64,000 bases of DNA from an uncultured Chloroflexia bacterium (GTDB taxonomy: Bacteria; Chloroflexota; Chloroflexia; Thermomicrobiales; Thermomicrobiaceae): NCBI GenBank assembly GCA_963725815.1, contig CAVSAD010000007.1:168372-232371 (forward strand), given 5' to 3'. Below the pieces are notes generated by a model. That model worked only from the letters and a program-made list of their open reading frames with translations, was not told the origin of the DNA and ran no database searches. Shown one piece after another: positions 1 to 10,517 of the stretch (position 1 is its first letter; every line of letters begins with the position of its first letter). The translations under genes and the position numbers were made by a program.

Positions 1-1427
1 AGCAGGCGGTCGCACGCGCGCTGTCGGAGTGGCGGGAGGCAGACGACGCTCTGCAGCATTCGTTGAGCCAGATAGCAGGAAATCCTGATGACCCGCTGGC
101 GCTCGAGGCCTATGAAGGGGCGCTCGCCCAATTCGAGGCACTGGGTGGCTACGATCGTGAGCACCGCAGCCTTGCCGTGCTGGAAGGTCTGGGCCTGTCT
201 GAGGCGCGCCTGACTCAGTCGATCGGTTCTCTCAGCGGCGGTCAGAAAACACGGCTCGGCCTGGCCTTGCTGCTGCTCCAGGAGCCTGGGCTGTTGCTGC
301 TCGATGAACCGACCAACCACCTGGATATTGATGCGTTGATTTGGCTCGAAGGATTCATCCGTTCGTTTTACGGTTCGGTACTGGTCGTGTCGCACGACCG
401 GGAATTCCTCGACCGCACGGTGTCGCGGATCCTCTATCTCGATCCGCACGACCGGCAGATCAAGAGCTACCCAGGCAATTACTCGAATTTCGCGGCGTCG
501 CGGCGACACGAGGCGGAGATTCAGCTTGCCTCGTGGGTGCAACAGGAGAAGTACGTTCATAAGGTGGCTGCGGACGTCGCGCGGTTGAAAGGCGAAGCGC
601 TGGACATCGAGCTTTCGACGACGCCTCGCCAGCCGGGCGTTCGGAGACTGGCGCGCAAGAAAGCCGGCGTGGCCAAGTCTCGCGAGAAGAAGCTTGACCG
701 CTTTCTGGAGTCGGAGGAGCGGGTTGCGAAGCCACAACAGGAGTGGTCGCTCAATTTGAGCTTTGGCGACGCGCCGCCGGGTGGGCGGGCGGTAGTGCAC
801 GTCGAGGATGTGAGCTTTCACTATCCGCATCAACCGATGCTGTTTCAGGGGATAAGTTTTGATCTCCAGTTCGGTGAACGACTGTCGATTACCGGTCCGA
901 ACGGGTCCGGCAAGACGACGCTGATCCAGTTGATTGTTGGCGGACTGGAACCTTGCTCCGGATCGATCAAGCTGGGCACCGGAGTGCGCCTGGGTCTGCT
1001 CGCGCAGGAGCAGGAAACGCTTGACATGTCGATGACTGTCCTGAATACCGCCCTGCGTGAACGCCCGATGACCCAGACCGAGGCGCGAAGCTTCTTGCAT
1101 TATTTCCTCTTCACCGGCGACGACGTGTTTCGGCTCGTCGGCCAGTGCTCGCCAGGGGAGCGCGCACGTCTGCAACTGTCGCTGCTGATGCTTCGCGGAT
1201 GTAACCTGTTGGTGCTGGACGAGCCTCTGAATCATCTGGATATCGAGGGACGCGAGCAGTTCCAGCGAAGCCTCGAGGTGTTCGACGGGACCGTTATTGC
1301 CGTCGTGCACGACCGGGCGTTCCTGCGGAGCTTCGATGCGCCGATTCTCTGGCTGGGTGACGGCATTTCGCGCACCTTCGCCGACTACCAAACGTTGCAA
1401 TCTCGAATGACTGCGGCTCGAGGGTGA
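1..1427 (+). CDS. ABC-F family ATPase (two ABC domains, no TM), 5' end cut by window edge
   Basis: Frame is open from base 3. Domain 1 has signature LSGGQKTR and Walker B LLLLDEPTNHLD. Domain 2 has Walker A GPNGSGKTT, signature SPGE and Walker B LLVLDEPLNHLD. The first Walker A must lie upstream of the window. Confidence 0.85.
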   Translation, partial: QAVARALSEWREADDALQHSLSQIAGNPDDPLALEAYEGALAQFEALGGYDREHRSLAVLEGLGLSEARLTQSIGSLSGGQKTRLGLALLLLQEPGLLLLDEPTNHLDIDALIWLEGFIRSFYGSVLVVSHDREFLDRTVSRILYLDPHDRQIKSYPGNYSNFAASRRHEAEIQLASWVQQEKYVHKVAADVARLKGEALDIELSTTPRQPGVRRLARKKAGVAKSREKKLDRFLESEERVAKPQQEWSLNLSFGDAPPGGRAVVHVEDVSFHYPHQPMLFQGISFDLQFGERLSITGPNGSGKTTLIQLIVGGLEPCSGSIKLGTGVRLGLLAQEQETLDMSMTVLNTALRERPMTQTEARSFLHYFLFTGDDVFRLVGQCSPGERARLQLSLLMLRGCNLLVLDEPLNHLDIEGREQFQRSLEVFDGTVIAVVHDRAFLRSFDAPILWLGDGISRTFADYQTLQSRMTAARG

Positions 1428-1531
1428 TCGCGACCCAATTCGACTATAGTGACGGTGGAAAGTACACTTACCGGCGGCATGGCCCGAACAATTCGGACCA
1501 CCATCTATTCTGATTACGGGAGATCCCTTAC

Positions 1532-4126
1532 ATGCGAAACTTCCTGACAAAAATTCTTGGCAGTCCCAACGAAAAGGTGTTGAAGGATCTCCAAGAAATC
1601 GTTGACGAGGTCAACGAGCTCGAACCTGAATTTGAACGGCTGAGTGACGACGAGCTTCGTGGCAAGACCGACGAGTTCCGTGCTCGACTTGCCGACGATG
1701 AAGAAGAGTTGGACGATCTCCTGCCTGAGGTCTATTCAGCCGTGCGGGAAGCGGCGCGACGCGCGATTGGCCAGCGCCACTTCGACGTTCAAGTTCTTGC
1801 GGGCATCGTCTTGCATCAAGGCAAAATCGCCGAGATGAAGACGGGTGAAGGCAAGACGCTGGTCGCGACCCTGCCGCTCTATCTGAATGCACTTGAGGGC
1901 AAGGGCGCCCATCTCATCACTCCAAACGACTATCTCTCGCGCGTTGGCGGTGGTTGGATGGGCCCGATTTATCACATGCTGGGCGCCAGTGTCGGCGTGA
2001 TCACCCATGAGAGCGCGGCGCTCTATGATCCGGACTATACGGATGATGATGCCAGCCCTGATGACCGCCTGAACCACTGGCGGCCGGTTTCCCGCCAGGA
2101 GGCCTACCAGGCCGACATTACCTATGGCACGAATCACGAGTTTGGATTCGATTACCTGCGCGACAACCTTGCTCTGGTCAAAGAGGCGCAAGTACAGCGA
2201 CCGCTGTATTTCGCCATCGTCGACGAAGTCGACAACATTCTGATCGACGAGGCGCGAACCCCACTCATCATTTCAGGTAACGCCGAAGAAACCATCGATC
2301 GCTATTACCAATTTGCCCGTCTCGTGCGCCAGCTTCGAGAAGGCGTCCACTACGAAATCGATTTGAAGCAGAAGAGCTCGACCCTGACCGAAGACGGCAT
2401 CGACAAGATGGAGCGCTTGCTTCAGATCCCCGATGGTCAAAGCCTGTATGACGATCGCTACTCCGAGCTGACTCACTACCTCGAGCAGGCGCTGAAAGCG
2501 CAGGCGCTTTTCCATCGTGACAAGGACTACATTGTTCGCGACGGTGAGGTGATCATCGTCGACGAGTTCACGGGCCGCATGATGCTCGGCCGGCGCTACA
2601 GCGAGGGCCTTCACCAGGCAATTGAGGCCAAGGAGAACGTCCGGGTACAGCAGGAGACCGTCACTCAGGCGACGATCACGTTCCAGAACTATTTCCGCAT
2701 GTACAAGAAGCTGGCGGGCATGACCGGCACCGCCGAGACCGAGGCGGAAGAGTTCGCGACTATCTACAACCTCGAGGTGGTCGTCATTCCGACGAACCGT
2801 CCGATGGTTCGTGACGACTTCGCCGATCAGGTCTACCGGTCCGAGACGGCGAAGTTCAATGCCGTGGCCAAAGAGATCGCCGAGATGTCACGTGAGGGCC
2901 GGCCGGTTCTCGTCGGCACCACGTCGGTCGAGAAGAGCGAGCTCCTGAGCGACTTGCTGCAACGCCGCGGTATCAAGCACGAGGTCCTGAACGCCAAATT
3001 CCATGAGCGCGAGGCGGCGATCGTCGCCCAAGCAGGGCAGCCATCCTCGGTAACCATTGCAACCAACATGGCTGGTCGCGGCACCGACATCATTTTGGGC
3101 CCCGGTGTGAAAGACAAGGGTGGCCTGCACATCATCGGCACCGAACGGCATGAGTCGCGACGCATTGACAATCAGCTTCGTGGTCGTGCCGGCCGGCAGG
3201 GTGATCCTGGCTCAAGCCGGTTTTTTCTCTCGCTCGAAGATGAGCTGCTGCGCCGCTTCGGCTCGAACCGGATCAGCGGCCTGATGGACAAGCTCGGGAT
3301 GGACGACGAGACGCCCATCGAGCACGGTCTGATTTCCAAGACAATCGAGAACGCCCAGACGAAGGTCGAGGGACACAACTTCGATCTGCGCAAGCATCTT
3401 GTCGAGTACGACGATGTCATGAACAGGCATCGTGAGGTGATCTACGAGGAGCGTCGAAAGCTCCTCGCCGGAGAGGATCTCAGAAAGAATGTCCTCGACC
3501 TGATCGAGCATCAGATCGAGGTCCTGGTCGAGGCGAACATGCCGGTGGACCGGCATGACACTCCGGACTTCGATGAAATCCTCAGGGCCTACTCGGGAAT
3601 CGTAGGCGATCCGGGAATCTCGGTTAGGGACATCCAGGATCGTTCCACCGAAGAGATCGTCGACATCCTGACCAACCGCGCCGAAGAGATCTACGGCAAG
3701 CGCGAAGAAGAGATGGGTGCGGAGCAGATGCGGACGCTCGAGCGCCTCGTCATGCTCCAGGTCATCGACAAGCTCTGGGTCGAGCATCTCACGTCGATGG
3801 ATCATATGCGTCAGGGAATCGGGCTGCAGGCGTACGGCCAGCGCGATCCGCTGGTGGAGTACAAATCCGAGGGATTCCGGATGTTCCAGGCGTTGCTGCA
3901 GAACATCGAGTATGACGTCGCTCACATGATCTTCAACGTGCGGCTGGCGCCGATCATGTCGCGCCCCGCGCCCCAGATCGGTCAGACCAACCACCCGGCG
4001 GAAGAGGGTCCGGTTCGTCGCAAGGCCAAGGGGAAAGTCGGCCGGAACGACCCATGCCCGTGCGGCAGCGGGAAGAAGTACAAAAACTGCCACGGTGCGC
4101 CGTCGGCCAGCCGCCGCACTGCCTGA
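1532..4126 (+). CDS. secA: preprotein translocase ATPase SecA
   Basis: 864-aa ORF with MKTGEGKT Walker A, IVDEVDNILIDEARTPLIISG and a C-terminal zinc finger CPCGSGKKYKNCHG. GGGAG lies upstream of the ATG. Confidence 0.97.
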   Translation: MRNFLTKILGSPNEKVLKDLQEIVDEVNELEPEFERLSDDELRGKTDEFRARLADDEEELDDLLPEVYSAVREAARRAIGQRHFDVQVLAGIVLHQGKIAEMKTGEGKTLVATLPLYLNALEGKGAHLITPNDYLSRVGGGWMGPIYHMLGASVGVITHESAALYDPDYTDDDASPDDRLNHWRPVSRQEAYQADITYGTNHEFGFDYLRDNLALVKEAQVQRPLYFAIVDEVDNILIDEARTPLIISGNAEETIDRYYQFARLVRQLREGVHYEIDLKQKSSTLTEDGIDKMERLLQIPDGQSLYDDRYSELTHYLEQALKAQALFHRDKDYIVRDGEVIIVDEFTGRMMLGRRYSEGLHQAIEAKENVRVQQETVTQATITFQNYFRMYKKLAGMTGTAETEAEEFATIYNLEVVVIPTNRPMVRDDFADQVYRSETAKFNAVAKEIAEMSREGRPVLVGTTSVEKSELLSDLLQRRGIKHEVLNAKFHEREAAIVAQAGQPSSVTIATNMAGRGTDIILGPGVKDKGGLHIIGTERHESRRIDNQLRGRAGRQGDPGSSRFFLSLEDELLRRFGSNRISGLMDKLGMDDETPIEHGLISKTIENAQTKVEGHNFDLRKHLVEYDDVMNRHREVIYEERRKLLAGEDLRKNVLDLIEHQIEVLVEANMPVDRHDTPDFDEILRAYSGIVGDPGISVRDIQDRSTEEIVDILTNRAEEIYGKREEEMGAEQMRTLERLVMLQVIDKLWVEHLTSMDHMRQGIGLQAYGQRDPLVEYKSEGFRMFQALLQNIEYDVAHMIFNVRLAPIMSRPAPQIGQTNHPAEEGPVRRKAKGKVGRNDPCPCGSGKKYKNCHGAPSASRRTA

Positions 4127-4296
4127 TCGTCAACGCTGGCAGCCGAATCGGAAACAGACCGAGCCCGGGTGAACGCTTCATCCGGGTTCCGTCATGTTGG
4201 CGAGGCCAGCATGCCTGTCGGACGATGCTCTTCGCCCGTGCACACCTGCCGCCGAGCCGGCGTGTTCGTCCGAAGCGTCGCGAATCTGGCGACTGG

Positions 4297-5031
4297 TCAG
4301 CCTGCTGCGGGCTTGTCTGGACCCAGGTGAAAGATTGCGGCGGTGCCGCCAAGCATTGCCGGCGCTAGTTCGAACAAACGCTGAGCCGCCTCACGAACTG
4401 CGCCGTCCGTCTGTGGTGCGAATCCATCGATCGGGAAGAGGATGTTGGTGGCGTCGTCGGAAATGAGCCCGGTTCGACTCTGTCGCCAGACCCAGCGTCG
4501 CGTCCTCACGTCATGTGCGTGGACGTAGACGATCTCACCGTCGTCCGGTGTCTCATCCGGGGCATCGCCCATCGGCCGAAAGCGATCGTCGGAGTCGGAC
4601 AGGCGGACGTCGATGCCGCTTGGCGCGGTGTCGAGATCGTGTGCGCCGATCGGGACCAGCAACGAGAGCGACACGCTGTTGGCCAGGTCAACCGCCGGGT
4701 TGATGTGCGGCATGTCCCCGCCCTTCGCCAGTCGTCGCACCAGGGCTTCGATCGAGCTCAAGTACTTGCTCGGAGTCCAGCCTCGCGAGGAGAACGCCTC
4801 GCGCCAGACAGCGATATTCGGATGCGACTTCGGATCCAGCGTCTCGAATTCCGCGCGAACCAGCTCGACCGCGGCATTCAAGAGTCGATCGACTTCCGGG
4901 TTCGGAGTCGTGATGTCCGCGCCACGCACGACGACCGCGGAGAATCGCGCATTCGGAAATAGATCGAAAACCGCCGGATCGACTCGGAATATCGGCACGC
5001 TGATCTCCTCGGTAAAAACCGCTTGAATCAA
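4297..5031 (-). CDS. B3/B4 tRNA-binding-domain protein (PheT B3_4-like)
   Basis: 244-aa ORF. The pattern HINPAVDLANSVSLSLLVPIGAHDLD ... IVYVHAHDVRTRRWVWRQS matches my recollection of stand-alone B3/4 domain proteins. Confidence 0.65.
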   Translation of the reverse strand: MIQAVFTEEISVPIFRVDPAVFDLFPNARFSAVVVRGADITTPNPEVDRLLNAAVELVRAEFETLDPKSHPNIAVWREAFSSRGWTPSKYLSSIEALVRRLAKGGDMPHINPAVDLANSVSLSLLVPIGAHDLDTAPSGIDVRLSDSDDRFRPMGDAPDETPDDGEIVYVHAHDVRTRRWVWRQSRTGLISDDATNILFPIDGFAPQTDGAVREAAQRLFELAPAMLGGTAAIFHLGPDKPAAG

Positions 5032-5118
5032 TACCGCCCGACGGGATGGCCAGGGACGGTCGGCGGCAGGATGCCGACGGTTTGAAGACGGAACATATAC
5101 CGCGGATTGAGCTGTAAG

Positions 5119-6387
5119 TTAGGACACACTCGCGAATTCGCGTGACGTACCGGATGCCAGCTCTCGAGACATCGCGCGCTCGTAGACCCGCAGCATGGCC
5201 GACGTGATGGTCTGCCAGGAGTAGCGAATCGCTGCCTGGCGAGCGCCGACCTGCATCTGGGATCGGAGGCTGTGATTCGTCAAAAGGTGGTGCAGGGCGT
5301 CCGCCAGTTCGGTCGGTTCGGAATGCGGCACGAGTAGGCCCGAGACGCCATCCTCGATGCTGAAACGCAGCCCACCCACGCTCGAAGCCACGATCGGGGT
5401 GCCGCACGCCATCGCCTCGACCGCGACGAGTCCAAATGACTCGTAGCGCGAAGGCACGGCACAGACATCCACCGCGTTGTAGTACAGCGGCAGGAGCTGT
5501 CGAGGCTGTGAGCCACGGAAAAGAACGGAATCCGACAACCCAAGCTCCTCGGCGCGATGCGCGAGTCGCTGCAGGTCGGCATCCATCGTCGACCCGATGC
5601 CTTCGATGCGGATCAGCCCTCCGACGAAGACCAGACGTGGCGGCTGTCCCGCCCAGTTGTGACTCGTCAGCAAATGATGGAAGCCTTCGAACAGGGTATC
5701 TATGCCCTTGACCGGATCAATGCGACCAACGAACAGCACCAGCGGCCCGGCCGGCAGATCCAGCGCTCGACGAGCCGCCGCCGAATCACTTGGCTGAAAG
5801 AGATCCAGGTCGATGCCGGGTGGCACGAGAGAGACTCGCTTTTCGTCGGCGTCCAGACGGCGCATCATCTCGGCCTGTTCATCGGGATTGGCAGTGATGA
5901 TCGCGTCGGCGATCTCCATGAGACGGCTCTCGATCTGAAGCCTGAGCAATGTCTCCTTGGCGCCATCTCCGGCGACCGCGTTCTTGAGATGCGCCAGCGT
6001 GTGGAACATCATCACCAGCGGTACGTTCCAGTACGCCTTGAGCAGGTTGGCGGCCCAGCCCGAGAGCCAATAATGCGCGTGAACGACGTCGTAGCGATTA
6101 CCCTCCTGGATTGCCAGGTAGGCCATCTCACTTGCAAATTCTGGAAGCGAGCAGAAGAGGGTGTCTTTGTTGACTGGTTCAGGCGGTCCGGCCTCGACGT
6201 TGATCAAGCGTACGCCATCGTAGACGTCCGCGATTTGAGGCGTCTGTCGATCGGTGCGGCGGGTGAAAATATCGACTTTGACGCCGCGGTCCGCGAGATG
6301 TCGACTGAGCTCACGCACGTAGACATTCATGCCGCCCGTGTCCCGGCCGCCAAGCTGGGCAAAGGGAGATGTATGAACGGAGATCAT
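5119..6387 (-). CDS. GT4 family glycosyltransferase (MshA-like)
   Basis: N-terminus MISVHTSPFAQLGGRDTGGMNVYVRELSRHLADRG and C-terminal ESFGLVAVEAMACGTPIVAS (E-x7-E). The ORF extends to 6471, but the conserved N-terminus begins at ATG 6387. Confidence 0.8.
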   Translation of the reverse strand: MISVHTSPFAQLGGRDTGGMNVYVRELSRHLADRGVKVDIFTRRTDRQTPQIADVYDGVRLINVEAGPPEPVNKDTLFCSLPEFASEMAYLAIQEGNRYDVVHAHYWLSGWAANLLKAYWNVPLVMMFHTLAHLKNAVAGDGAKETLLRLQIESRLMEIADAIITANPDEQAEMMRRLDADEKRVSLVPPGIDLDLFQPSDSAAARRALDLPAGPLVLFVGRIDPVKGIDTLFEGFHHLLTSHNWAGQPPRLVFVGGLIRIEGIGSTMDADLQRLAHRAEELGLSDSVLFRGSQPRQLLPLYYNAVDVCAVPSRYESFGLVAVEAMACGTPIVASSVGGLRFSIEDGVSGLLVPHSEPTELADALHHLLTNHSLRSQMQVGARQAAIRYSWQTITSAMLRVYERAMSRELASGTSREFASVS

Positions 6388-6874
6388 GGCCACGCGACTC
6401 GGGTAGAGGGGAACGGCGCGGGTCGTGTCATGTGATTGTACGGTGTCCAAATTAGGCCTGTGCCCCTTCAAGAGATCGCGTAGCGTTTTGGCCGTCCGAT
6501 TCGGCCGTGAGTTCGGGAGATCCGTCCGCGCGCATGACCAACTTCACCCTACGGAGACGAGTATCGATGCAGAGCCGCACAGCCGGTACAACCGCGTATC
6601 GCCGCGCTCTATTCCCGAACCGTTCAGCACGATGTGAGCACCGGCGCGGAATGCGCACACTCACGGTTTGCGCGTTGCCCAAGAATATGACCCGGCGCGG
6701 TGTAGCTCGTGTAAATGATACCCCGCGTGTCGAGTACCCCTCCGATTCTTGCCGGTAAGCGCGCTCAACGGGAGATGGGGACGCAGAAGGTGGGTTCTGG
6801 CGGACGTCTCCATGTCGGTGGCGACCAGACGCTTGAGCCTGATCGCCACGAGCCCGGCTGCAGGGCGGGTGATC

Positions 6875-7471
6875 TCAGGCGAGATCGGGCTGAATCAGCC
6901 CGTACTGGCCGTCTCGGCGCCGGTAGAGAACGTTGATCTGCGCTTCATCAGGATTGAAGAAGATGAAGAAATCGTGTCCGAGCAACTCCATCTGCTCGAT
7001 GGCCTCGTCTTCGTTCATCGGCTGAATCTTGAACCTCTTGCGACGCACGAGTCCCTCGGCCGGAATCTCGTCTTCATCAACGACCTGGCTCGCAGGCAGA
7101 AGTTCGCCGTCGGGGCCAAGCGTGAGCGTCTCCTCCGGCTCGGCTTGAGCGATCTGCTTGCGGCGTCTGCGGGAGAAGACCTTCTTGTCATGAAATCTGC
7201 TGATCTGCCGAGCCATGCGATCTATTGAAAGATCGATGGCGGTATGCAAATCGTGGTTTGTCTCCTCGGCTCGGAGTATCGAGTCCTTGGTGGCAATCGT
7301 AAGCTGGGCGACGTGCTGCTCGCCGCCGGTGCGGTTTCGCTCAGCACGAACCTCGAGTTTGGCGTCGACCACGAGTTCATTGACCTTTTGGAGCTTCTGT
7401 AATTTGCGTTGAATGTATTCTTCGAGGGCGTCGGTGAGCCGGACATTTTTGGTTTTGATCTGAACGTCCAT
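6875..7471 (-). CDS. hpf: ribosome hibernation promoting factor, long form
   Basis: MDVQIKTKNVRLTDALEEYIQRKL N-domain plus C-terminal FKIQPMNEDEAIEQMELLGHDFFIFFN domain. GGGAGGA RBS precedes ATG 7471. The longer ORF (to 7570) overlaps tRNA-Arg. Confidence 0.9.
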   Translation of the reverse strand: MDVQIKTKNVRLTDALEEYIQRKLQKLQKVNELVVDAKLEVRAERNRTGGEQHVAQLTIATKDSILRAEETNHDLHTAIDLSIDRMARQISRFHDKKVFSRRRRKQIAQAEPEETLTLGPDGELLPASQVVDEDEIPAEGLVRRKRFKIQPMNEDEAIEQMELLGHDFFIFFNPDEAQINVLYRRRDGQYGLIQPDLA

Positions 7472-7536
7472 CGAGGTTCCTCCCGCGCATCGCGCTGTGC
7501 AGCTCGAATGTCGTGGCGAGCACTGTTGCTGCCAGA

Positions 7537-7613
7537 TGGTGCCCGCGGAGGGACTCGAACCCCCGGCCACAGGGCTTAGGACGCCCCGGCTCTATCCCCT
7601 GAGCTACGCGGGC
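7537..7613 (-). tRNA. tRNA-Arg (anticodon CCT), CCA encoded
   Basis: Cloverleaf folded by hand: acceptor GCCCGCG/CGCGGGC, D-stem GCTC/GAGC, anticodon stem GGGGC/GCCCT with loop GTCCTAA, T-loop GGTTCGAGTCC, 3' ACCA. Confidence 0.9.
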
Positions 7614-7701
7614 AACGCGCATTGGGCCGAGGAATTTGGCCCGTCGGCTGAAGTCTAACATGCGACTACGCGACTGAGCGAAAGGACCCTGAGTCCCCCT
7701 T

Positions 7702-7731
7702 TTGTCAGATGCGGCAAGGCTATGGTATAGT
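7702..7731 (+). promoter_or_regulatory. sigma-70-type promoter for tRNA-Pro (TTGTCA-N18-TATAGT)
   Basis: -35 TTGTCA at 7702-7707 and -10 TATAGT at 7726-7731. The predicted start falls a few nt before tRNA base 1 at 7741. Confidence 0.5.
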
Positions 7732-7740
7732 GCCCAAACA

Positions 7741-7818
<78 letters not shown>

Positions 7819-7824
7819 TTTTGA

Positions 7825-7847
7825 GGGTGGCTTCGCCGCCCTTTTTT
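7825..7847 (+). terminator. intrinsic terminator after tRNA-Pro
   Basis: GGGTGGC-ttc-GCCGCCC hairpin followed by TTTTTT. Confidence 0.6.
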
Positions 7848-8077
7848 GTGCCCGAATCCTCATCGATGAACCTCGGTCGCGAGGTCCTTCGCGACACCAC
7901 GTACGTCGTTCATCTGATGCGCTCGCGCGGTCCCATCCACTGTTATCATGACACTCATGACAAGCGCTTGATCTCGATCGTGCATTCGGGAAGATGTCCC
8001 TGGAACCCTTGCGCGCCGAGACGAAATCCGACGCGTTGGCCAAGCCGTGGCACCTGTCCGAACGAGAGGAATGGATC

Positions 8078-8932
8078 GTGACGCGAGTTTCCGTACAGGA
8101 CATCAAAGCGTTCAAACGGCGAGGCGAACGGTTCCCGATGTTGACTGCATACGATTTCGCCACTGCCAAGGTCCTCGATGCGGCCGGAATTCCGATCCTC
8201 CTCGTGGGCGATTCGCTGGGTATGGTCGTCATGGGGCTCGAAACGACGCTTCCGGTCACAGTCGACATAATCATCCACCATGCCAATGCGGTGGTCCGCG
8301 GCACCGAGCGGGCGCTTATCGTTGCTGACATGCCGTTTCTCAGCTATCAGGTCAGCGTCGAAGACGCCCTTCGTAACGCCGGACGGCTCATACAGGAAGG
8401 CGGCGCCCAAGCCGTCAAACTGGAGGGCGGTAGCGAGATCGCCGAGGCCGTGAAGCGAATCGTACAGGCGGGAATTCCCGTGATGGGACATCTCGGGTTG
8501 ACGCCACAATCGGTGAACCAACTGGGCGGTTTTCGGGTGCAGGCGAAAACGAACGACACGATCCGCAAACTCGTCGACGACGCGCGTGCTCTTGAAGCGG
8601 CCGGCGCGTTCGCGATCGTTCTCGAGTGCGTTCCGTCGCCGGCCGCCAAGCTGGTGACACAAGCCGTCGGTGTCCCGACCATCGGCATCGGCGCCGGACT
8701 CGATTGTGACGGGCAGGTTCAGATCATCAGTGACCTGCTTCATCTCATCCCGGGTTCGATTCCCAAGCATGCGCGAGCCTACGTTGACGTCAGTGAACTG
8801 GTACGGCAGGGTGTCGAGGAGTTTGCCGCGGAAGTGCGTTCAGGCGCGTTTCCGACCGAGCAGCAAAGTTTCGCGCTTCCAAAAGGAGTCGATCTCGACA
8901 TGTTGGCGGCGGCGATCGACCAGGCGAAATAG
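8078..8932 (+). CDS. panB: 3-methyl-2-oxobutanoate hydroxymethyltransferase
   Basis: FPMLTAYDFATAKVLDAAGIPILLVGDSLGMVVMG motif block. GTG 8078 is preceded by AGAGGAA. The ORF is open back to 7994. Confidence 0.9.
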   Translation: MTRVSVQDIKAFKRRGERFPMLTAYDFATAKVLDAAGIPILLVGDSLGMVVMGLETTLPVTVDIIIHHANAVVRGTERALIVADMPFLSYQVSVEDALRNAGRLIQEGGAQAVKLEGGSEIAEAVKRIVQAGIPVMGHLGLTPQSVNQLGGFRVQAKTNDTIRKLVDDARALEAAGAFAIVLECVPSPAAKLVTQAVGVPTIGIGAGLDCDGQVQIISDLLHLIPGSIPKHARAYVDVSELVRQGVEEFAAEVRSGAFPTEQQSFALPKGVDLDMLAAAIDQAK

Positions 8933-9075
8933 GACCAAGCGTCGCTCAATTTTTCCGACGGGCGAACCTCAGATTCACGTTGGAAATCTGTTTTCACCGT
9001 TGCCGTTCGAACGAGTCAGGGACTTTGCGCGAGTCCGTCGAACGTCATAAGAACCAGTCAGGAGTGAACCCGATC

Positions 9076-10492
9076 GTGGACGCAGGAAATGCGGCGACCG
9101 ATGCGCGAAATGACGCGTTACGGCGAATTCCATCCATCTCGGCTGTTCTCGCGGATCCCCGTATTCGCGACCGGTCGTCCGCGTTTCGCGCGGAGCTGCT
9201 CACGGCCGTCGCTCAGCATGTCGTCGACGGCGTTCGGGCGTCGATTCTGTCCGGCGAGGGCGCGAACGCCGTCGACCACGTCGTTGAATCCGTCGTTGCC
9301 GCGCTGGATGCACTCGAACAGCCAAAACTGCACGCCGTCATCAACGGGACCGGCATCATCGTACACACCAATCTGGGGCGCTCGCCGGTGAGCGATGATA
9401 CTGCCCGTGCGATGGTTGAGGCAGCTGCCCATTACATCCCACTGGAGATAGAGCTGGAATCCGGGAAGCGCGGCGGTCGCATGGCTGAAATCTCGCGCTT
9501 GATGTCACTGCTGACCGGAGCCGAAGCGACACTTGTCGTCAATAACAACGCCGCCGCCGTTCTGCTTGCGCTGAGCGCGATCTGCACAGGGCGGGAGGTC
9601 ATTCTCTCGCGGAGCCAGGCGGTCGAGATCGGCGGCGGCTTTCGTGTTCCGGACGTGATGCGGCAGAGCGGCGCGAGGCTGGTCGAGGTCGGCACCACCA
9701 ACCGCACCTATGTCCGGGACTACGCTGCTGCCATCAGCGACGACACCGCCGCGCTTCTGACGGTCCATTGGAGCAATTTCCGCATCATCGGGTTCACCGC
9801 CCAGCCTGCCCTCGATGAGCTCGCCGAACTGGCGCGGGAACGTGGCATTTACCTTATCGAGGATCTGGGGAGCGGCGCGCTGGTCGACACCGCTCCCTTT
9901 GGACTTGTCCATGAACCGACCGTTGGCGAGAGCCTCGCCCGCGGAGTGGATGTCGTCTGTTTCTCCGGAGACAAGCTCCTGGGAGGGCCGCAAGCGGGCA
10001 TCATCTCAGGGAAAGCGGACGTGGTGCGGCGGATCGAGGCTCATCCCCTGGCGCGGGCGGTTCGCGCCGACAAGTCGGCACTGGCCGGCGTTGCCGCGAC
10101 GTTGCGTCACTACCTGCGCGACGATTACACGGAGACCGTTCCGATCTGGCGCATGATCGCGACTCCGCTCGACGAGCTCGAGCGACGCTGCCAGCGGTGG
10201 GCAGCGGAGCTTCCACGCGCACCGGTCGAGATCGTGTCGAGCGTGGCGGCCATCGGTGGCGGCTCGCTGCCGGGTGAGACGCTCGCAAGCTGCGCGCTGG
10301 CGCTTTCCGAAGAATCGCTTGCGGCCCACGGCATGACGCTCGACACAGTCGCGTATCGACTACGAAATGGGTCGCCCGTCGCTCGTGTCCCATGTGGAAG
10401 GGGGTCGCCTGCTCGTCGACGCGAGAACGGTATTGCCGGGTCAGGATGCGGGGCTGGTCGAGGCGATGAAGCGTGCGTTGCTGGCTGGGTGA
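9076..10492 (+). pseudogene. selA: L-seryl-tRNA(Sec) selenium transferase SelA, with one +1 frame break near 10375
   Basis: RRIPSISAVL, NGTGIIVHTNLGRS and GDKLLGGPQAG (PLP Lys) are present. After ...AYRLRNGSP the conserved tail PSLVSHVEGGRLLVDARTVLPGQDAGLVEAMKRALLAG* continues in the next frame. The break sits on C-run 10375-10377. Start is uncertain (8980, 9064 or 9076). Confidence 0.85.
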
Positions 10493-10517
10493 CTACCGCA
10501 CAAACGTGTGGATCGGG

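Noticed and set aside
7472-7570. N-terminal extension of the hpf ORF (track ORF 6875-7570)
   Set aside because: The extension overlaps tRNA-Arg and is non-conserved. A strong RBS precedes the internal ATG at 7471, which matches the HPF family N-terminus.
8933-9075. Possible tRNA-Sec (selC) in the panB-selA spacer, because of GTTCGAAC-like strings
   Set aside because: I could not build an 8-bp acceptor stem, a long variable arm or a UCA anticodon loop on either strand.
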